This document shows positions 38,701 through 54,035 of a DNA stretch of 64,000 nucleotides, piece after piece. Where the stretch lies: positions 2,785,812 to 2,849,811 of the forward strand of contig NC_092675.1 in assembly GCF_964355755.1 (NCBI RefSeq). The letters run 5' to 3'. Positions within the stretch are counted from its first letter, which is position 1. Every line of letters begins with the position of its first letter. The DNA is from Antedon mediterranea (lineage: Eukaryota; Animalia; Echinodermata). The translations under genes and the position numbers were made by a program. The notes under the pieces were generated by a model. The model did no database searches and was not told the DNA's origin. It saw only the letters and a program-made list of their open reading frames with translations.

Positions 38701-41700
38701 TAAAAGAGGTTATTCGATACAAAACAGCCTCGGATTGTTTTTGAATATTGTTTCTTATGAAAATAATATCTTGACGTTTGAAAATGTTTGCCCTTGGCTG
38801 AAGCTTTTAAGAAGTTATTGAAGTTGGTCACGATTTTGTGATCGGCGGTTGGTGAAAACAACTAGTCTACTGATATAGTTACACTCTTTGACATCTCTAA
38901 TTAAAATGTTACGTATTTAGACACCAGTATATAATGTAATGTCATCATTATTTCACCACAAATAATAACACTGATGCACACACCCCATCATTCTGAATTC
39001 CATGATAGTGTAGCTGTAGTGTCGGCACTTTCGTCCTGTAAATAACACCACAACAATGGATACGGACATAAAATTTGCTGTCAAGAAAACCATTGTCATC
39101 CTGTCAGATCCTGCTACCAGAAAGTTACAACTCCCTACTGCTACAATGCATTCGATTTTGCAGCTGTCACTAGATAGAACTTAACTGACTATTGAAAGTC
39201 ACCGAGTGAATATAGCGACAGGCATTACAAATAATTAATACACATTAGATGACTTTCAATAGTCAATTAAGGTCTACCTAGTGACAGCTGCAAACATTGA
39301 TGACTGGTGACAATTACTATACTGGCCAACACTATTATTTCCACTACCATGACCACCACAATTCCACGACACATGATAATGTACACCCTTGTATATTGGT
39401 ACCAACGAGTGACCAAGTTCCCCTAATTTATCTTTCTAAAGATTAAATCAAAAATAAACTTTTTAAAATTAATATAGAAAATATTATAGTTATTTAACGG
39501 TTGATAAATCTTCCTATGGAATTGATAGAAATCTTACGAGTTTAAAATATTCGAAATGTCTCGAGTAGGTCTATATAATCTTCATGTAATCATAATTTCT
39601 CTAGTAAGTGGCATACCAAATATAGAGCATGGATTAGTTTGCCTTCAAGCAACTATGACAAGTAGGTCATAACTGGTAATTTTAAATTAAAAATAATGTA
39701 CATTAAATATCTGAAGAAGAATGTACAAAGGCCCCGTTGAATAGACCACCGGCTTTGAAACTGACATTTGTGCCAGCTTTGTTTTTAGTCATGTTACCAT
39801 GTTCTTTTGAAATTTGCGGTAATCTTTACACTTTTCATGTTTACATTCGCGGGCCCTACAAACCATCCGTCAATCCTGTATGTCTCATTATTGTATTCTA
39901 TATGAAACTTGTTCGGGAGCCGTCATCACCCACCCCAGGACTTTGTTTTGGCTGACACGCATGTAGAACGTCTGGTTGTGAAGAACTCTGCTATGGTGAT
40001 GTAAACTGGTACCGCAGTATCTGGAACAGAGCGTACAAATCTGACATTTGTCCGTATCATATAAATAAGAACCGACAAAATCCTCTCCTAAAACCATTAA
40101 AACAGCATTTTCATTTTAAATCATTCACCATAATCTGTTTGTTGTGACAAAATTAAACTCCCCAGCTGAGAAAAGTTTACTGAAGATTTATTAACGAATT
40201 TGTATTCTGTACCCGGATCCTTATTGTAAATGTCTCCTCTACGGTTGGATTTGAAATACTTATAATGTTACTTCTATGGTTTGACCTGGATGCATATCTA
40301 CATCGTTTTTAGTAGTATACATTAAATTGAATGTTTTGGGAGAATATTTTGTGAGTTGAAAGATTTACTTTATTTAACGAGGGCGAGATACACACACTAC
40401 GTTTCTAGCATCAACTTTCTTCAATTAATCCGCTGCTTCCATCTTTTATCAGTGCCGGCCGAAAGCAACTCCGATTTCGGGCGTGGAGACGGCAACAATC
40501 ACAAAATTTATTTTTTAACCTGCCATGTACAGTAATAGAACCATTCAATAGAACCGTTAAATAGAACTTTTACTGTGCAATAACTGAATACTAAATGGCA
40601 CGTGATACAAACTTAAACAAAGGGCACAGGGTGTGATATGTCTAGGCTTTCTTGGTTAAGCTGAGGTAACCATTTCTACCTATCAGCTCAACATATCGTT
40701 CAAAACATTAAATTGCTAAACGGCTTGTTTTCTTATGATTTTATTAGTTTTTAGGCCTAGGGCCTATATAAAATCTAAAGTTAGAAATGTTTTTTTTTTA
40801 TTTGTTGGCGATTACATGCTGTTTTCTTAGAGAATGTACTATTGTGCTCTAATAAAAAAGCAAAGCATTTCAATAACACAGATATATCAAACTAGTTTAG
40901 TAGCGTTATCTATTCACTAATAACATCTAGTATTGGCATAATAATATTAAATAAGTGCATGTACGCAAGACAGACATGATTACGTGAATTGCAGCGAGCA
41001 GGCCTGTGGCTCGTATAATCCGAAATTGCGTTAATTCTGTACATAAATACGCACTATCCTGCAATAAACGAGGTTACCGTACGTTGTCATTTAACTGATG
41101 GTTTGATTATAACAAATTGTATCTTTACCGATAATGTTGCAATCGCTAGCCCGCAAATGGATTTCATTAGATAGAAAGTGCGTAACACAGGCTGAAGATT
41201 GATAGTAAAGACGTGTATCGCAAAAAGCACGGTTTAATACCCACCAAGCACGTGCATATGATGTAATGCCAAGACGCCAATTAGATAAGTTCAGCACTTA
41301 GGTATCGCAATTCGGCGCCATGTTAAATGATAAATTTTTATAACAAAATCTAATTACTGTACATGTTTTGTTCATCATAAGATAGGTCTACTCTATTCTT
41401 ATACAGTACTATACTCTAGGCCTATATCAAATTCCCAACGCGAATAATTATTTATGATTGTGCGTATTATTTTTATTCTTGACAAGTTCTATTTTTAAAA
41501 TCGTTGTATATCCACGAATCAATAATAATGAAATTAAACATAATTCATAATTATAGTAAAACGTATGCATGAGTAACAGGCATAGAGAAATGTCTACCCT
41601 ATGTTTGTATTAGGCCTATCTTTATATTATATCTAATATAGAATTAAATCGAGCAGACGACTATGTTAGAACATCGCACTGTGATGATGTGATGTGTCCA

Positions 41701-44700
41701 TATCACTACCATATTTAAGCATATCACTATATATATGGACACATCACACTAGTTTGATAGTGTAAACAGGAGCTTAATAAGAAGATTCATGAGTGGAATT
41801 GGAATAGAGCAATTTTAGATAGATTGTTGAAGGCCACTAAACCTGAGTGGTCTTTAATAAGAAAATTGCATTCAGCAGCAATGCTTAGATATAAATGAAT
41901 TTGCATGTGTTATTACGGTTAGGATCGTGTACGTTGATAAATGTGATTCGTATGTGATAAATGGAATGTTGGAAACTTAATTAAATTTAACATTTAATGA
42001 AAAAGGTCAAGCAGACCTTAGGATAATTTAATCTATCACCAACACTATTCACTTTGAATCTTGACTATCATGAGTATCCTTAAAATAATCCAAAATATTT
42101 TTAAGAAGTTTATTGCATAATTATCGTACCGTTCACAAAGAGGTATAGGCCTATAGCGAATATTATGTAAAAACATATATTTCAAAATAATCATTTGTAA
42201 AGCCAGGGTTGGTAAAGCGTTGTCTACACTATCAAACTTTATGTGACAAAAAAATGTTATGTGCTCATATATGGACATGATGATGTCATATCACTACCCT
42301 TTGGGCATATCACTATACCATATTTGGGCACATCACGCCTTTTTTTGTCAAACTAGTTTCATACATAGTGTAGACAGAGCTTTATTAGGGGATAATAATA
42401 AAGGAAATATTTCGAAATAACGTCAGTTTAATCCACACACTAATTTCGATATTATTATATCTGCAATATCTTATGAAGAAATAAAGTGAGAAGGACCCAC
42501 GTATAAGACGAACAATACTGGTCGACTGATGAATGAAAACAAATTTATATATGCAGGGTAGGGCCTACAGATAGATAGAGAAGGTGACTGATGAGTCCTA
42601 CAATATTTTGTCAAGGCCTTCCTAAATAAGGAAGTATGTTTAAACAGCAAACTTGATTGAAATTCAATTGAATATCATCTTGAAGCAGAAGGGATACCCC
42701 TTCTAATCTAAAGTATCAGGTGAACTCGCTATTTTAATTATTTTTTGTAACTAAAGATACTTTATCTGGAATTACATCCTCCGTTTACAGTCTCAGTTTT
42801 CAGAAGATAGTTCTTCGTTTCTATACATAATTATTGATTCCTATTAAGTCTAATCACTCCATAACGTTTGAGAGGTTTCATGTTTAGCATGGACTTTTAT
42901 TATTCGAGTTGACTTTCTGTGTTTGCCGCTTGAGATGGGTTAAAGGGTGTATACGCACCGTATACGGGTTTCCGCAGCTCAGCCGCCCGTCCGCTCCGCG
43001 TTTTGTGAGCTTTGTCCACACAAGACGGTCACACTGGCGGTGGTTGCGTCGAGAATCACAGATGCCTTAAAACAGATTGCATGTTCTCGGGATTTACTGT
43101 ATCACCACATTATGGCATTATGTTATAGAGTGTCACAGGTCCGTACATTCTGTAATACAGTATCACATATGTATTACATGTGCCTGTATTATGTTATAGT
43201 GTTAGTCTTATGGTCTATGATACATGGATCACATATGAAAGTATCTGTAGGCCTATCACAAAATTTGCCTATAATTAGCCTACTATACAATGATATACAG
43301 CAGAGCTAAAGACGCCAAAATAGCGTCATTATCGTGTAGAAATGCAGCGCTAAAAAAATAACTTTCTTTTCGAGTCGTTACACCTGAATAAATAGTAAAG
43401 ATTACATTTACACCAATCTGTGACGTAAATATGTGCGTGATGGATACACCTTTACCTGTCTACACTACATCATTACTTTGACTTTGTGATTAAGAATAAT
43501 AATCCGTGTAGCGTGTGGTTTATTGGCACAGTGAACATGAGGTGATGACTGATTAGACGAAAATAAACTTCGTTATTGCTTTCTATCGATAAAATGGATT
43601 ACGACGCGCTTTCAAACGTGCGTCATGATTTTGTATCTTTTGGCGGGAAGATGGGCTCCATGCAAATAAACATAGTTAACCCAAGTAATCAAAACAATAT
43701 AGGATGCTGAGATCTGAAGACCAAAGGATTCATCCGAGGCTGCAACACGTCCATTTCCACGCCGCGGAGATTATGTAGATTTCTCAGACAGTACAGAACT
43801 CTTGGTAGTTGTTGCAGACAGACATTAAGATCAAAGGATTGTTGTTACGAGTTTCGATCTTGGCAAGATGAGCTCAGTGTCCTGTTGTTAATCCTTACAA
43901 TTGTGGGAAGTGCTTTATATAGATGTTGCATTTTGAGTGAAGGTTATTAGGGAGGAGGATCGACTACCCTTTATTCATGGAAATGCAAGGGATACATCGA
44001 CGTATTGTTTGTATATATTTGTACATCATCAGTTGTCTTGGTTAGACACGCGACCAAACATGATTGATTCGTTTTAAGGTGTAGCGTTCCAACGGGTGTG
44101 TAATCAATTACGCCATGACGACAGGTGTAAAATAGTACGTCGCGACAAGTAACGTCTGCATCATGAGTTATGCTCTTTGGTACTTATAGGTCAAAGGGAT
44201 GGAAGTTGTCTGTGGCCTAGCCTAGACCAGGGAGTCTCCCTGCCTAGACTGAAGAGGTGAATCGCGTAAATGTAGGTCATTGTACTGTGGAAATGGTGAT
44301 TCTTACAAGAAGGCGTCTTATTTATATGTGTAGCTGGAGCTTAGTCTGTGATCAATTCTAGATTTGTACTTATGTGTATAAAACCTTTTAGCATCATATC
44401 AGTCATAGTGTTTGCGATGCATGATAATCGCATCATGATTGGTTATTGCGCTTACGTCATTGCGTTGTTTCCTAAGCTTGTTTCCCACTATACGCAACGC
44501 AAGAAAGACGCAGACGCAACGCAAGCGAATTGACCAATGACAAGCGGCAGCTCGAATAATCTATCGCTTGCAACTTGTCTTTTTGAGCACAAGTTTGTAC
44601 ATTTAGCATCGTGCTTACCTAACGTTGGGTCGTATTCATTGATAAATCGTTTGGTAATAAACTTGACTGTAAGGGCTGAAAGATATAAATCAATATAATA

Positions 44701-47700
44701 CTATTAGTATTTCGACAAAAATAAAACGAAAGAAAACATATTTCTGTACGCACTTAAAGCGTAAATTGATAACTTGATTTTGTACCTAGAATTTGGCGAC
44801 AGTTTTTACGGAGTCTACGCCATTTAAAATGTATTTACTCAAATTGAAATGGGCATAAATAGTAAATATCAATAAAAAATTCACCTCTTAACTAAGTACG
44901 TCTTTCTTAGTATTCATATTCGTTATAAAAATCGGTTCTGAGTAGGCCTACTGGCGCCTCTCACCTTCCTCAATGTAAATCAATATTGTTTTCATATTAT
45001 TAAAAAAAAAGTTATTATAACAGGTATAAGGTATGGTGCAAGTCCCAGTGCGTCTATAATCTCTTGGATATTTTAAAGGTTGTCAGGACTTTTGTCTATG
45101 TTTTATAGCGTATATCAACATTTTTTACTGAGTCTCACGGACGCTATAGGAATATGAGATCATTGCGGAAACTATTTAAAAAACCAATTACAATTTCAAA
45201 ATGTTTTGTTCGTTGATTTATGACATGTGGGAAATCAGTAATGTTCTCCCGTCTCCATATTATGAAATATAATATATTTCATTGTTATTGCACAGAACAG
45301 AGGCCATATATTGAGAGTCTATTCGCTTTTCTACACTATCAAAAGTTTGACAATGTGATGTGCTCATGGTAGTGAGGCTCACATAGGCCTATGGTAGCGA
45401 CACATTTTCTTGGGGAATTAAAGTTTGATAGTGTAGATAGGGCTTTATGAAAGTCGGGATTATCTCCTTATTCTCCTTCTAATAAGATAATAATGGTATG
45501 GTAGGCCTAATACAAATATGGTAAATCGAAATATGTATTTAGAGTAGCCTAGTCGTATCTGAGGCCTACATGCTTTATGCCAATATTAGGCATAGCCTAC
45601 CTGTCTACATTGTGAACTGTACGATTTAAAATTGCATGAGATTTCGAAGACATAATAAAGAGAAAGAACGTAATGTAGTTTGGCATACCATAGAGATATT
45701 ATATAATATCTCTATGGGCATACTCATGAAGAAATGTTCCTTTCCACTTTTATGGCGCATGATCCATCGGTATCGGACGGTGCATGCCTTCACGTTTAAC
45801 CAAGCTTCAAACGAGGAATAAGTGTAAATCCGCACCTGTCTTCAACTGAATATTGTCATTTTAAATTACTTTATTCAACGTGTATTAAATGAGTTGTAGT
45901 AATATGATACGCATTTCATAATTTGTAACATTAAATGAGAATGATAACATGGTTTTAAACCCGCGTGTCACGGTCTAGGCCTATTATGTCAAGGTTAAGT
46001 TTCACGCCGAGAATCGAAACTATCTAACTGATCCAATCGGTAACCTATCAAATAATAATAATTCAAAATGCTCTAACGGTGAACGTAGGCCTACGGTTAT
46101 CCATTTGTAGTCAGTCACTGAAACCTAATTATAAATAATTTCTCGGGCAAGGATATACACTCCTTTAGAGATAATCGGAACGTGATTTTATTAAAATTGT
46201 CGGTGATCAGGATTTTGAATAAATCCATAGCATTCCACCTGGCAAAACAAAAAGTAGATCCCCACGACAGCAAGATGGTGGACGATTAATGATAAGTGAC
46301 ATTTTGAAACCGGAAGCTAAGGTTACAAAAGGTCAAATGCATTTTAGTTTCGGTAAATATCACGACCGAGTCGCAGCTGAATTTATAACCAGAGGAAAGA
46401 TTCAAAATGTATATTATATTTAGGTCTACGTCATTGCTTTAGGGTTTGGTGATTGACCCATTATACAGCAATTTACAGTATTAGTATGCTAATGTTAAAT
46501 AGTTCGATGCACGATTATTCCTAAATGGAAATAAAAGTTATATTAATATAGGATTCGGTCAATCAATCAATCCATGAATAATTATCTTCTTACAGAAGAG
46601 GCTAACATAAATGCAGCGGTGTTCAAGGTACGATGTTGAGAAGCGTGGGTGGATGGGTGTATGTGTGGTATGGTCTAGAGATATCAACACCAGGCTAGAG
46701 GTGGTTCAAATCCCATCCGTAGTATCTTAAATGTACTGATGATTCTCGGTACAGTTTAACGTCAGATTTTGTGAAAACATCTGTTTATAGTTTAGTAACA
46801 GCCTCAATGGCTTATCCTGTATGTAGCACCGCAAAAGGAAAAGAGGACATATTTCATGCCCGCTTAACCGCTGTTCGGGAAAAAGCTGGGTTAAAATAGA
46901 AAATAGACATTTTAAACCTGGAGCTCCCCTTTAACAGGTGTACTGTACTTCCGACTATCTGGAATCATAACAATAACAATGCCTTATTTGTGTCTCTTCT
47001 TTATGTTGTACAGTATAATTATATACAAATGCATTCACATTTTTGTACGTTCAACACAGTTCAAAGAAATGCTAAACTAACAAACTGACCAGAAATGAGG
47101 TACTTTAGACATGTATTGCCATTTATTACAAATTTGTAATGTATACGCCTGCATTAGTTTCAACAATCAAGTATCTATTTTTGGAGGTGTAATTGGTTTT
47201 CTGCCAAATTGAAAACTTCACATAATACCGGTTGTGTTTCTGTCATCAGGTTAGCGCGAGAATGTACTCTCTTAAATTCATCGATTGGAAATTTCGATCG
47301 TATTTACGTTTGATGATTAAAACCAAACTTTTTAGACTGAATATGGTATTCATGAATGTGAAATACGCTCCAGTTGAAAATAAAGTTTCAACTGATAGAA
47401 AGTTTGATTACAACATCCAATCAGCGCCTAATATATTGTGACGTGAAAGCGCGCGGACAACAAAAGTTTGTCTTCCCTCTCCTCGCTTCCCGCCCGCCTG
47501 ATCTTCAGAGTCAGTGTCTTCATGCTCTTCGATCGTATTTTAGATTCTTTGCCTACAATTTACGAGCTACCGTATTCGTAACATATACCAATTGAATCAA
47601 TATCTATTTTAGAAGGTTGGTAATCATTTATTTTAAATTGAATCTAAGGCATACGCTACATTGAGGCCTACATTCACACCACCACCACCGCGCACATTTT

Positions 47701-50700
47701 CTGGCCACAGCACAGATCTAGGCCTAGTTAGTAGGCTAGTTGACGTGACAGCAGCGAGTGTGGTGTACGGTTACGGCTCGAGTTTATTTTTGCCGGTTAC
47801 CGAGTTAGGCTATAGGCCTAGCTAGTGAGTAGCCTAGGTTAAATTTACTAAATCAAATGTGTTATGCCTTGAATATTATTCTATCTAGGGTAGGCTAGGC
47901 CTAGCCTAGTTGAATAGGCATTTCCATTGTATAAACAATTTTAATGAATACTAAAAAAACGTTACTTTGTTGTAATTCTTGATGACGTTCTCTAGGCCTA
48001 CCCTAGCTAGCCTAGGCTAGTACTAGCCTAGTAGGCTAGGCCTAACTAGTAGGTCTAGCTGGAGAAGAGCTAGGTCTAATAAATAGGGCTAGACTAGGCC
48101 TAGTTACTAAGCCTAGGCCCTACTTTAATACTATTTCCTAGACTAGGCCCTAGAGGCCTAGCTAGGCCTATAGCTAGAGCCTCTAGTAGGGCCTAGCCTA
48201 GCTAGGCGTCCTACGAATAAATTATGATATAATTAATAATTATAATATTAATAAATAATGACGATAGGCTATACTGTGTATACTGTACAGTACTATAACA
48301 TTTAGTAGAAACATATTATTTCTATCTATTGCACAGGAAAAATGCTTGACTACACAATGTCAATGATGTTTCGGGCTGCAATCATTCACAATAACAACAT
48401 GGACATCATCTTGAACGATTTATATTTATTTTTTGATAGTAAGTAATAATAATATGTTGTGTATCTGTATTTAAATCACTGTATTTATACATGTCAATTG
48501 TGTATAAATTCGTGTTTTTTAAGCTTTAAAACTGAACAGGGACTGGATTAAAAAATATTTCCAACCTAGAAGAAACTACTCGACATACCGACCTGATGCT
48601 AGAAAAAGATTGCCTAATTATTGGTGGCTTGACTGAATCTGAACTAGCCTATTATTTTTACTATTTGTGTTACTATTATTAATGTTTTATAATTTATTTT
48701 GTGCACTAGGCCTAATGGTCTTGTTATGCTGATTTATATGAAGCATACTATATGTCTCAATCTTCTACAGAGCATGAACCAAATCAGAAGCTGTGAATTT
48801 GTTCATTCAACATATCCATGTAAGCATATTAATTAATACTAATAGTACAGTTTTTATTTTCATTTTAAAAATTACGAATGTCAAAATTTACTTAAATTAG
48901 AGAAAAGAGTTTTATATGATACTCTTTTCTGATAATATTGAATAGCAAAACTATTCACCGTTGCTTTTTAAGACCATATTGAAAATAAAAAATTATCAAT
49001 GATAAAGATAGTACAGTACTACTACTAAAGATGCGTACATTTATCAAATATTTTATGATAAATAACAGTTTGTTATGCTTTTTGTTATTCTTACAGGATG
49101 CAACAGATGTTAGAAAATAGTATTCAGGACAAAAATTTGCACAGCCATATTTATTGTCAATTGGATGGTCATCATAACTCAACATGTACTTTCATTCAGA
49201 CACATTATAGAAGCCATGGTTGGGCTTTTATTTAGGCTGCACTATATTTTCCTGAATGATATTTGTGGACTTTGTAGATGCCCTCCCAAGAATTAGGGTA
49301 TATCACCAAGGCATATAAGATAGTTTTTGAATTTATAATTATACTACTGAAAGACAAAGACTACAGCAGTGTCTTGACTATTGTAATATACTGTTGTTAT
49401 GTTCAATAAAATCAAAATGGAATATATATAAGAAACGTATCTTTTTTAAGCATCGTATTTAAACAAAAAAGTCAATCGATTTTGGTTGAAAAAATAATTT
49501 TTCCAATCTTCTTAGTTTGAAATTTTTCAATCTTTGAATCGATTGAAAATCTTCAATCGTTATTTCAATCAATCCGATTTGTCCCTACTCACAGTCGGCC
49601 AAAAGTTGAAAAATCAACCGTATCGATTGAATATTCAGTCGACCAATTTAAGAGAGTAGCTGTAAAAAAAGATACTTGCTTGCTTTTCTCAGTGTGCCAT
49701 CATACATGTTAATATTACTTTGGGGTATTATTATAGATGCTGAGTCGTACGTTTCAGGGCTTATTAAGAAATGGTACCTGTTAGAAAATTAAAATCGTAA
49801 CCTCTGTCAAATCGTAGGTTACATATTTTTTCTTTCTCATGTGGTTTTATATAAACTGAACCATACTTTAAATTAATTTAAATTAAGTTTTTGCGGAGGT
49901 TATAGAAACAAGAAAAAACTACTATCGATGATAGCGTGCCGTAAACTATACTAATAGCCATTATACAGAAATATTTTAACATTAGTTCTTGAAAGAACAG
50001 TAGCAGTGCTAATTGTATTAGTTTGCTTATAAAAAGTGTATGAAAACACATTTAAATTACAATCAAACAGTAAGATGTGATTGATGATGCGATGTATTCG
50101 GTTTAATCAGAACATTTAAACGATACAATTAAATTGAGAATAAGTACGAAATTATATTCTAGTAATAGTTGAAGTCTTGTGAATGATTTTGACTCAATTC
50201 AAATAGGATTTTTAAACAGCGAAAAAGGGTATCCGTGGATTATTCAGAATCAGTAGCTGCATTAACAGTGCTTATATTTCCAATATAAGCTCATGAGCTT
50301 ACTTTCAGCTCGATCGTTCTGTCGATCTGTATAATGGCGGAGCGTTCTTCGAGTAATTTTTAGTCGCGTGCAAACGCGACTCTACTACAGCTCACTATGT
50401 TGGTCGGTCGGTCGGTAAACCTAACTCAAATTTGAGCACGCGACTGCAGCCATGATGTTCTCGGTGACTATACAGCTTTATATTACACTAAAAACTGCAA
50501 ATGAAAATTACGAATGGATTTGAACATTGGAAATTCATCCTCGTACCGTATTCAATAGACTGTAGAGAAATCTCGTCAACTTTACATCAGTCTAATCGCA
50601 AACTGAATGTGTGTAAACAAATACTACGCGTGCGTCTGTTGTCGATAGAAAAATAAATAGAAATAAATTTAGGAAATGTAAACAGCAGCTGTTTTTGTAG

Positions 50701-52487
50701 TTGATAGTGACGTAGTCGAAACGAAATGTCTATTTTATTTATTTATTTTATTTATTTAACAACATCTTTATACAGGATTACACAATCCGCTAAAAGAAAA
50801 CCTGATTTACATTGTGGTCCTGTCATCATTTTACGGTATAAAACCCTATTAAGGGGACTCCACCATTGAGACAAACTGTTTAGGGGTGTCTGTGTCGGAA
50901 GTGTTAAAACATAGGCCTATAGGCCTACGTGCCCTTTTTCGTTGCCCCAAATTTTTTTCCTAATAGGAATTGCCCCCGAATCCGCTCCCGAATGATGTTT
51001 TTTTAACGCGTAATATAAACTGTGTATTTTTAAATCACTTTTCACATTTCATTTTTTTTAAATTTTAACAAAAAAGTAAATTTACCTTCTTATTATCAGA
51101 GTTAATAAAATCTAATTTTTTGAATTACTTTCAACTCAATGTTCACCATTGTGACGTCATTTAACGGTAACCATTGACACATCATGAAATCTACCATTAC
51201 TAACCAAACGATATCATGTCAAACGCACACATGCGCAGATGTTTATACCACCATTACATTCTAATGATAATTCCAGATGCGAGTAATTAACCATTACACA
51301 CAGATCATTACACTTTATTGAAATCATGCGGAATACCACATCAAATTCGTAGCAGATTTTTAACACATCATGAAGATATTCAGAACACAGCACTTGTCTG
51401 TTCTAATTTTTCCCGCGCATTTCGTCAAGCATCATTCACATATATCAATTAATTCAATCTTGCTCATCAGGGACATATTAAAGGTAGCTAGCGACTACAA
51501 AGATCTTAAAAAAACCATGTCGATAAAAACATATCAATTATAATCCCGAGTACTTTGCGTGAAAGCATCACGATTCGCATAACAACCAGATTTACAGACG
51601 ATAAAAATGCACTATTTAATACATTTATAGTTATAGTTGCATGAGATTCGACTGGCAAACACTGTCATTAAATTGTCAGTAGGAGAAGTTTGAAATGTTC
51701 GTTAAGTCATCATACGGGTTTACAAATCGGTGAAACTACTAAAAACGGAAACATTAAAGAACATTAGACATAAAAGTTGTAATGTTACGATCGCAATTGA
51801 AAATATGAGCGCTGTAAACTGCAATTGTGCAAGTAGACTTAAGTATCAATGTCGACATTATTGGTACGCACAGCTATAATTAAACTAAGTACGCAGTACG
51901 TAGTTTTAAAAATACCGATATTTAGATATCTAGATAGGATCATTTGTCAAATAGGCTAGGAGGAGAAACGATCATTTGTCGATACGGCTGTACCACACGG
52001 GGTGAATCACTAATGACTAGTCAGTAGACGGGGTAGACTTGACATATCGGACAACTATACTATTAGGACCAATGTGAAAGAGAGCTACCGTATACGACCA
52101 CTCTACTCACCTGTAAGCAACAACCTTCTAATAATTTATTGGAATCAGGGACCACGTGTTGAAGATTGGACCATCTACTATTTAAAAATGCTTGTAGGCC
52201 TACTATTAATTTCGGTTTTTGCCAAAACCCAAGAAAATTAATTAACAATTTTATCGAAATAAAGACAAAATCCATATATTCATATTTTTACAACCGCACA
52301 CAAAACATCATACTTACACATCCCTTAGGTCTAAAGTGAACCATACGTATTATTTATCTCTTGAAGTTCGACTAAGCATCTTACCTGATTTCCCAACGCC
52401 TGGACAACCCAACAGAGCAATTTTAAATTCTGGGAGAGTTGCTAGGGAACTACTGCTTGTCGTCCTCATCTTTGACCTTGATGACAT
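32744..52487 (-). CDS. RASL12: Ras-like protein family member 12; exons 52487-52385, 44675-44619, 35816-35743, 35311-35118, 33071-32744
   Basis: G1 GCPGVGKS, ALTVKFITKRFINEYDPTLED, G4 GNKNEMERYRQVS, G5 EVSA. The RASL12-type PLFISE motif and KGFKIF terminus (no CAAX) are present, and exon phases are compatible. Confidence 0.9.
33795..34123 (+). mobile_element. HINE family A copy
   Basis: Same ends and body as 7211-7550. Confidence 0.78.
34237..34308 (+). pseudogene. tRNA-Val(AAC) pseudogene
   Basis: A box, TTAACAC anticodon loop, GGTTCGAGCCC B box and oligo-T terminator; mismatched acceptor stem. Confidence 0.75.
34520..34591 (+). tRNA. tRNA-Val(AAC)-like gene, probably degenerate
   Basis: Perfect acceptor stem GGTTTCG/CGAAACC and anticodon stem TCTGC/GCAGA; D-stem and T-stem mismatches; oligo-T terminator. 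Confidence 0.7.
34661..34972 (+). mobile_element. HINE family A copy
   Basis: TACTCGGGGTACCTGAGT...GTACCCCGAGTATCGCACACTCGTGC. Confidence 0.78.
39157..39294. repeat. Inverted repeat / small MITE with ~45-bp arms
   Basis: TTTGCAGCTGTCACTAGATAGAACTTAACTGACTATTGAAAGTCA and its near reverse complement. Confidence 0.75.
47265..49658 (+). mobile_element. ~2.4-kb TIR DNA transposon deletion derivative (possibly CACTA/EnSpm-like) in RASL12 intron 1
   Basis: TACTCTCTTAAATT...AATTTAAGAGAGTA ends, imperfectly extending ~70 bp; TCGATT subterminal repeats; decayed exon-like pieces inside. Confidence 0.6.
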
Positions 52488-54035
52488 ATCACGTAACCAA
52501 TAAATCTCCAACAATATCTTCCAAATATTACATTATTTGGTCCATTTGCTAATATAATGTTAGAACGATTCCAATATTTACGGCTCCACCGGGTTATTCT
52601 TGCATCTTTAAAAGCACTTTAGATTTTGATCAAACGTTGTAAAATAAAAAAATATATATTATTTCGAATTATCACATGTAATCCAATGTATATGAAAGTG
52701 TCATCTTATTAATGTGGTATGCGCATAATGTGTAATTCAATTATATGAATACACGTCCACAGTGCACCACACACAGCCTTCAATGTCAAGACACACTGTT
52801 TTATATTTTAAAAACAGCGTCTTCGAGTCATCCAAAAAAAGACTCTTTTATCTTCTTAGCATACGTCGTTCATCCATGTTCATTCAAACTCCAATTCACG
52901 CACACGTTCTGTACTTTGATATAAACCGCCTTCTGATCGCTTCAAATCAGAACGTGTAAATTATGTGTCATTCTGTTCTGAATGTTCACGGCTAACTAAT
53001 TCGGTCAACATTGTTTGAAATACTGCCTGTATGATCTGAGCATAACTCAAGTATGCAATTGAACTATAGATGGCGTTTTCAATATTCATTGATAACAACG
53101 AATCCCATTACTTGTACCAATACTTCCTCCATGCTTGTACTGTATACTACACAGTGCAGTATTAATATCCATTTTGATGTAGCCACATTGTAGATAGGTA
53201 GGGTGGGGTAGGCCTACGGAGATAAGTGTGTGGGTTCTCCCTGGTTTAACCATAATACTATAGTCAATCAATTAACTCTATTGACTATGGTTTAGCTCGC
53301 CTTATTTGAATTCCTAAATCTGCGGTGTATTTGTGTGGTTTGAGTATATAATCTTTTCTTGTATTATTAATATTATTAATAGTATTAATAATAATGTTGT
53401 TTTTTAAGTTAAACTTAAACTGGTTGAATGGTATGTCTGTTCCGTTTTGGAAGCTAAAAAGAAAAAAAAAGTTTATCTTCGATAGAGGGCTCCCTATATT
53501 TTATTTGATTATGCAATATGCGTGCATGAAAACAGACTGAAAATCATCGAAAAACTCAGAAAAAAAAGGAGTGGTAAGGAAAATATATTAAAACATCGAA
53601 AGTAATGCTTGTACTAGACACTTTGGCCTTCCCAGTCCTTTTCACGGGGTTAGACCGAGCCTAGCTAGGCCCAGCTAGCCTAAGACTCTCAGGAGTATGG
53701 GTTGGACCGCTTTCGGTTGCGGTGTACGGGGCACTCTGTAGCCTACTACTAGTACTAGGAGGCCTAGTATTACTCTAAGGCCTAGACCTAGGTTAGCAGA
53801 AATCTGACTAGTAGCTAGCCTAGCTACTATAGCATGCATGTTGGTCAAGGTAGCTGGATATAGCCTTGCATGACTGATAATTGTGGGCCTACTGTATGTA
53901 GCAGTGGTGTAGTTTTATATATCCGTAAATTTATTCATATTAATTATTATTTCATCCTTCTTTCTAGATTCTGTATGTATGAAAACGTCAAAGACAATGG
54001 AATGGTAATTGTTACAGTGCAGTAATCAAAGAGAA

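Noticed and set aside
39730-40450. Possibly decayed coding sequence on the minus strand (...KFHIEYNNETYRIDGWFVGP...)
   Set aside because: Multiple stops and no family I can recognise; needs BLASTX.
46640-46900. tRNA-derived SINE (B-box-like GGTTCAAATCC); similar suspicion for 57180-57420 on the minus strand
   Set aside because: Single copies in this window, with no clear A box or TSD.
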